From Bacteroidota bacterium (lineage in GTDB: Bacteria; Bacteroidota; Bacteroidia; Chitinophagales; Chitinophagaceae), in assembly GCA_025356235.1 (NCBI GenBank), contig JANXUL010000084.1, positions 1 to 60,532 of the forward strand: a DNA stretch of 60,532 nt, written 5' to 3'. The position numbers were made by a program, and so were the translations under genes. The notes beneath the pieces are model-generated. The model was not told the origin of the DNA. It made no database searches and saw nothing but the letters and a program-made list of their open reading frames with translations. Below, in pieces: positions 59,051 to 60,532 of this stretch; position 1 is the first letter of the stretch; every line of letters begins with the position of its first letter.

Positions 59051-59641
59051 ATGGGTATACACCGGTATTTCATTCTTAACAAGCCCTATAAGATGGTATC
59101 TCAGTTTGTAAGCACGCATGATGTGCGCTTGCTGGGTGATATAAAGTTTGATTTTCCCGAAGGTACACATGCTATTGGCAGGCTCGATAACCATTCTGAA
59201 GGCCTTTTGTTGTTAACAACTAACCAGAAAATTACCCGACTTTTATTTCAGGGAGAAATGCCGCATTCACGAACCTACCTCGTGCAGGTAAAGAACCGGG
59301 TTAGTGAAGAAAGCCTGCAACGGTTGCGAACTGGTATAGCTATCCGCATAAAAGGTGGCACTGATTATATAACTACCCCTTGCGATGTTTCAATTGTTGA
59401 GCAACCGGAAAATTTATTTTCTTCAGGGTATAAGTTGCGGGATGATGTTCCGAATACCTGGTTGCTGGTTACTTTAAGCGAAGGCAAGTTTCACCAGGTT
59501 CGAAAAATGGTAGCTGCGATACATCATCGTTGTAAGCGATTGATAAGGGTATCCATTGAAGATATACGACTAGACGATCTTAAGCCGGGTGAAGTGAAGG
59601 AAATGGGGGAGGCAGATTTTTTCAGGAACCTGAAAATCTGA
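59051..59641 (+). CDS. Pseudouridine synthase (RsuA/RluE family, no S4 domain)
   Basis: LNKPY, IGRLDNHSEGLLLLT, EGKFHQVRKM, RLIRVSI. Confidence 0.92.
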   Translation: MGIHRYFILNKPYKMVSQFVSTHDVRLLGDIKFDFPEGTHAIGRLDNHSEGLLLLTTNQKITRLLFQGEMPHSRTYLVQVKNRVSEESLQRLRTGIAIRIKGGTDYITTPCDVSIVEQPENLFSSGYKLRDDVPNTWLLVTLSEGKFHQVRKMVAAIHHRCKRLIRVSIEDIRLDDLKPGEVKEMGEADFFRNLKI

Positions 59642-59804
59642 TGATTACTATTTCGTATCATTCATGAATCCTAAAATTGTCTAAGCTTTCGCTGGTATAG
59701 CATTCAAGCTATTTCACCAGAACTCATTTTTGACAACTTCTTTGTAAAAACCTCTTTCATTTAACAAAAAAATGTATCCTGGGTAGTTCTGTGTACAGCG
59801 ATAT

Positions 59805-59840
59805 ATGACTTAAATCATAAATAGCATTGATAGCTATCAT
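59805..59840 (+). promoter_or_regulatory. Two FNR/CRP-like palindromes
   Basis: ATGAC-TTAA-ATCAT (59805-59818) and TTGAT-AGCT-ATCAT (59827-59840), 22 bp apart. Confidence 0.55.
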
Positions 59841-59914
59841 AAAAGAGCGAAGGTTTATTTCTGAACATTTACATCAGAAAAATCAATTCCTGAATAACCT
59901 TTAAAATAATAAAC

Positions 59915-60325
59915 ATGAGATCAAAAATTAGTAAGCTATCCATTTTTTTGGCAGTAGCCGCCACAGCCATTACGCTTATGGCTTTTAAACAAGCTACAAA
60001 ACCGTGGCCCGTACCTGAGAAATTTGAGAAAATGAATTCTCCTGTAAAAGCAGAAGCGTCATCAATAAAAGAAGGCAAAGAAGTGTGGACAAAACACTGT
60101 GCTTCCTGCCATGGTAAAGCAGGATTGGGTGATGGATCTAAGGCCGCACAGTTAAAAACAGAACCGGGTGATTTTACCATAGCAGCTGTTCAAAAGCAAA
60201 GTAACGGTACTTTCTTTTACAAAATTTCTGAAGGAAGAAATGATATGCCCGCCTTTAAAAAGAAAGTAGACGGCGAAGAAGATATCTGGAATGTGATTAG
60301 TTATATCCGTACACTTAAAAAATAA
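59915..60325 (+). CDS. Monoheme class I cytochrome c
   Basis: Signal peptide, CASCH, GDG, MPAF axial Met, IWNVISYIR. Confidence 0.95.
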   Translation: MRSKISKLSIFLAVAATAITLMAFKQATKPWPVPEKFEKMNSPVKAEASSIKEGKEVWTKHCASCHGKAGLGDGSKAAQLKTEPGDFTIAAVQKQSNGTFFYKISEGRNDMPAFKKKVDGEEDIWNVISYIRTLKK

Positions 60326-60430
60326 GTGTACAGGTATCCCTGATAATTATCACCGGATATAAACAAGCCTGGATTGGACATATATCAAACTAGGTTTTTT
60401 ATAACTGTTTATTTTTTTTCAACTATCCTT

Positions 60431-60532
60431 ATGACAAATAATCCTGATCAAAAAGAAACTACTGAGCAACAGGCCCTGCGCCGAAAACTATTGCGTTGGG
60501 GCGGATTAGGCTCTATTGCATTATTCGCAGGC
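60431..60532 (+). CDS. Partial ORF with probable twin-arginine signal (3' truncated by window)
   Basis: MTNNPDQKETTEQQALRRKLLRWGGLGSIALFAG... Confidence 0.5.
   Translation, partial: MTNNPDQKETTEQQALRRKLLRWGGLGSIALFAG

Overview
AT-rich, gene-dense core-chromosome segment of a Bacteroidota bacterium. The evidence is GLPGLI, DUF5686, DUF3810 and DUF4846 families, Bacteroidota-type PurM and repeated TAnnTTTG -7 promoters; Chitinophagaceae-like is an inference. About 59 CDS, mostly housekeeping (glgC fragment, glgB, holA, ribF, purM, ftsE, smc, smpB, accD, fbaA/fbaB, plsX-rpmF-yceD, dcd, argS, dnaK), plus one tRNA-Leu(GAG). I found no integrase, transposase, CRISPR or rRNA. The main accessory feature is an islet at 14.8-16.0 kb: two double-glycine-leader bacteriocin-like precursors flank a leaderless membrane peptide that resembles the first core, opposite an XRE regulator, with no exporter nearby. 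Other leads are a HipA/PI3K-like kinase-fold gene coupled to a DUF2130 coiled-coil/nuclease-fold gene beside the tRNA, a CBS-LysR-ThrC-like sulfur module, a degenerate M23-like lipoprotein, a sigma54-type promoter at dnaK, FNR-like boxes at a cytochrome c, and dispersed 7-/9-mer tandem repeats, one inside ribF. Family calls come from motif recognition only; no database searches were run.
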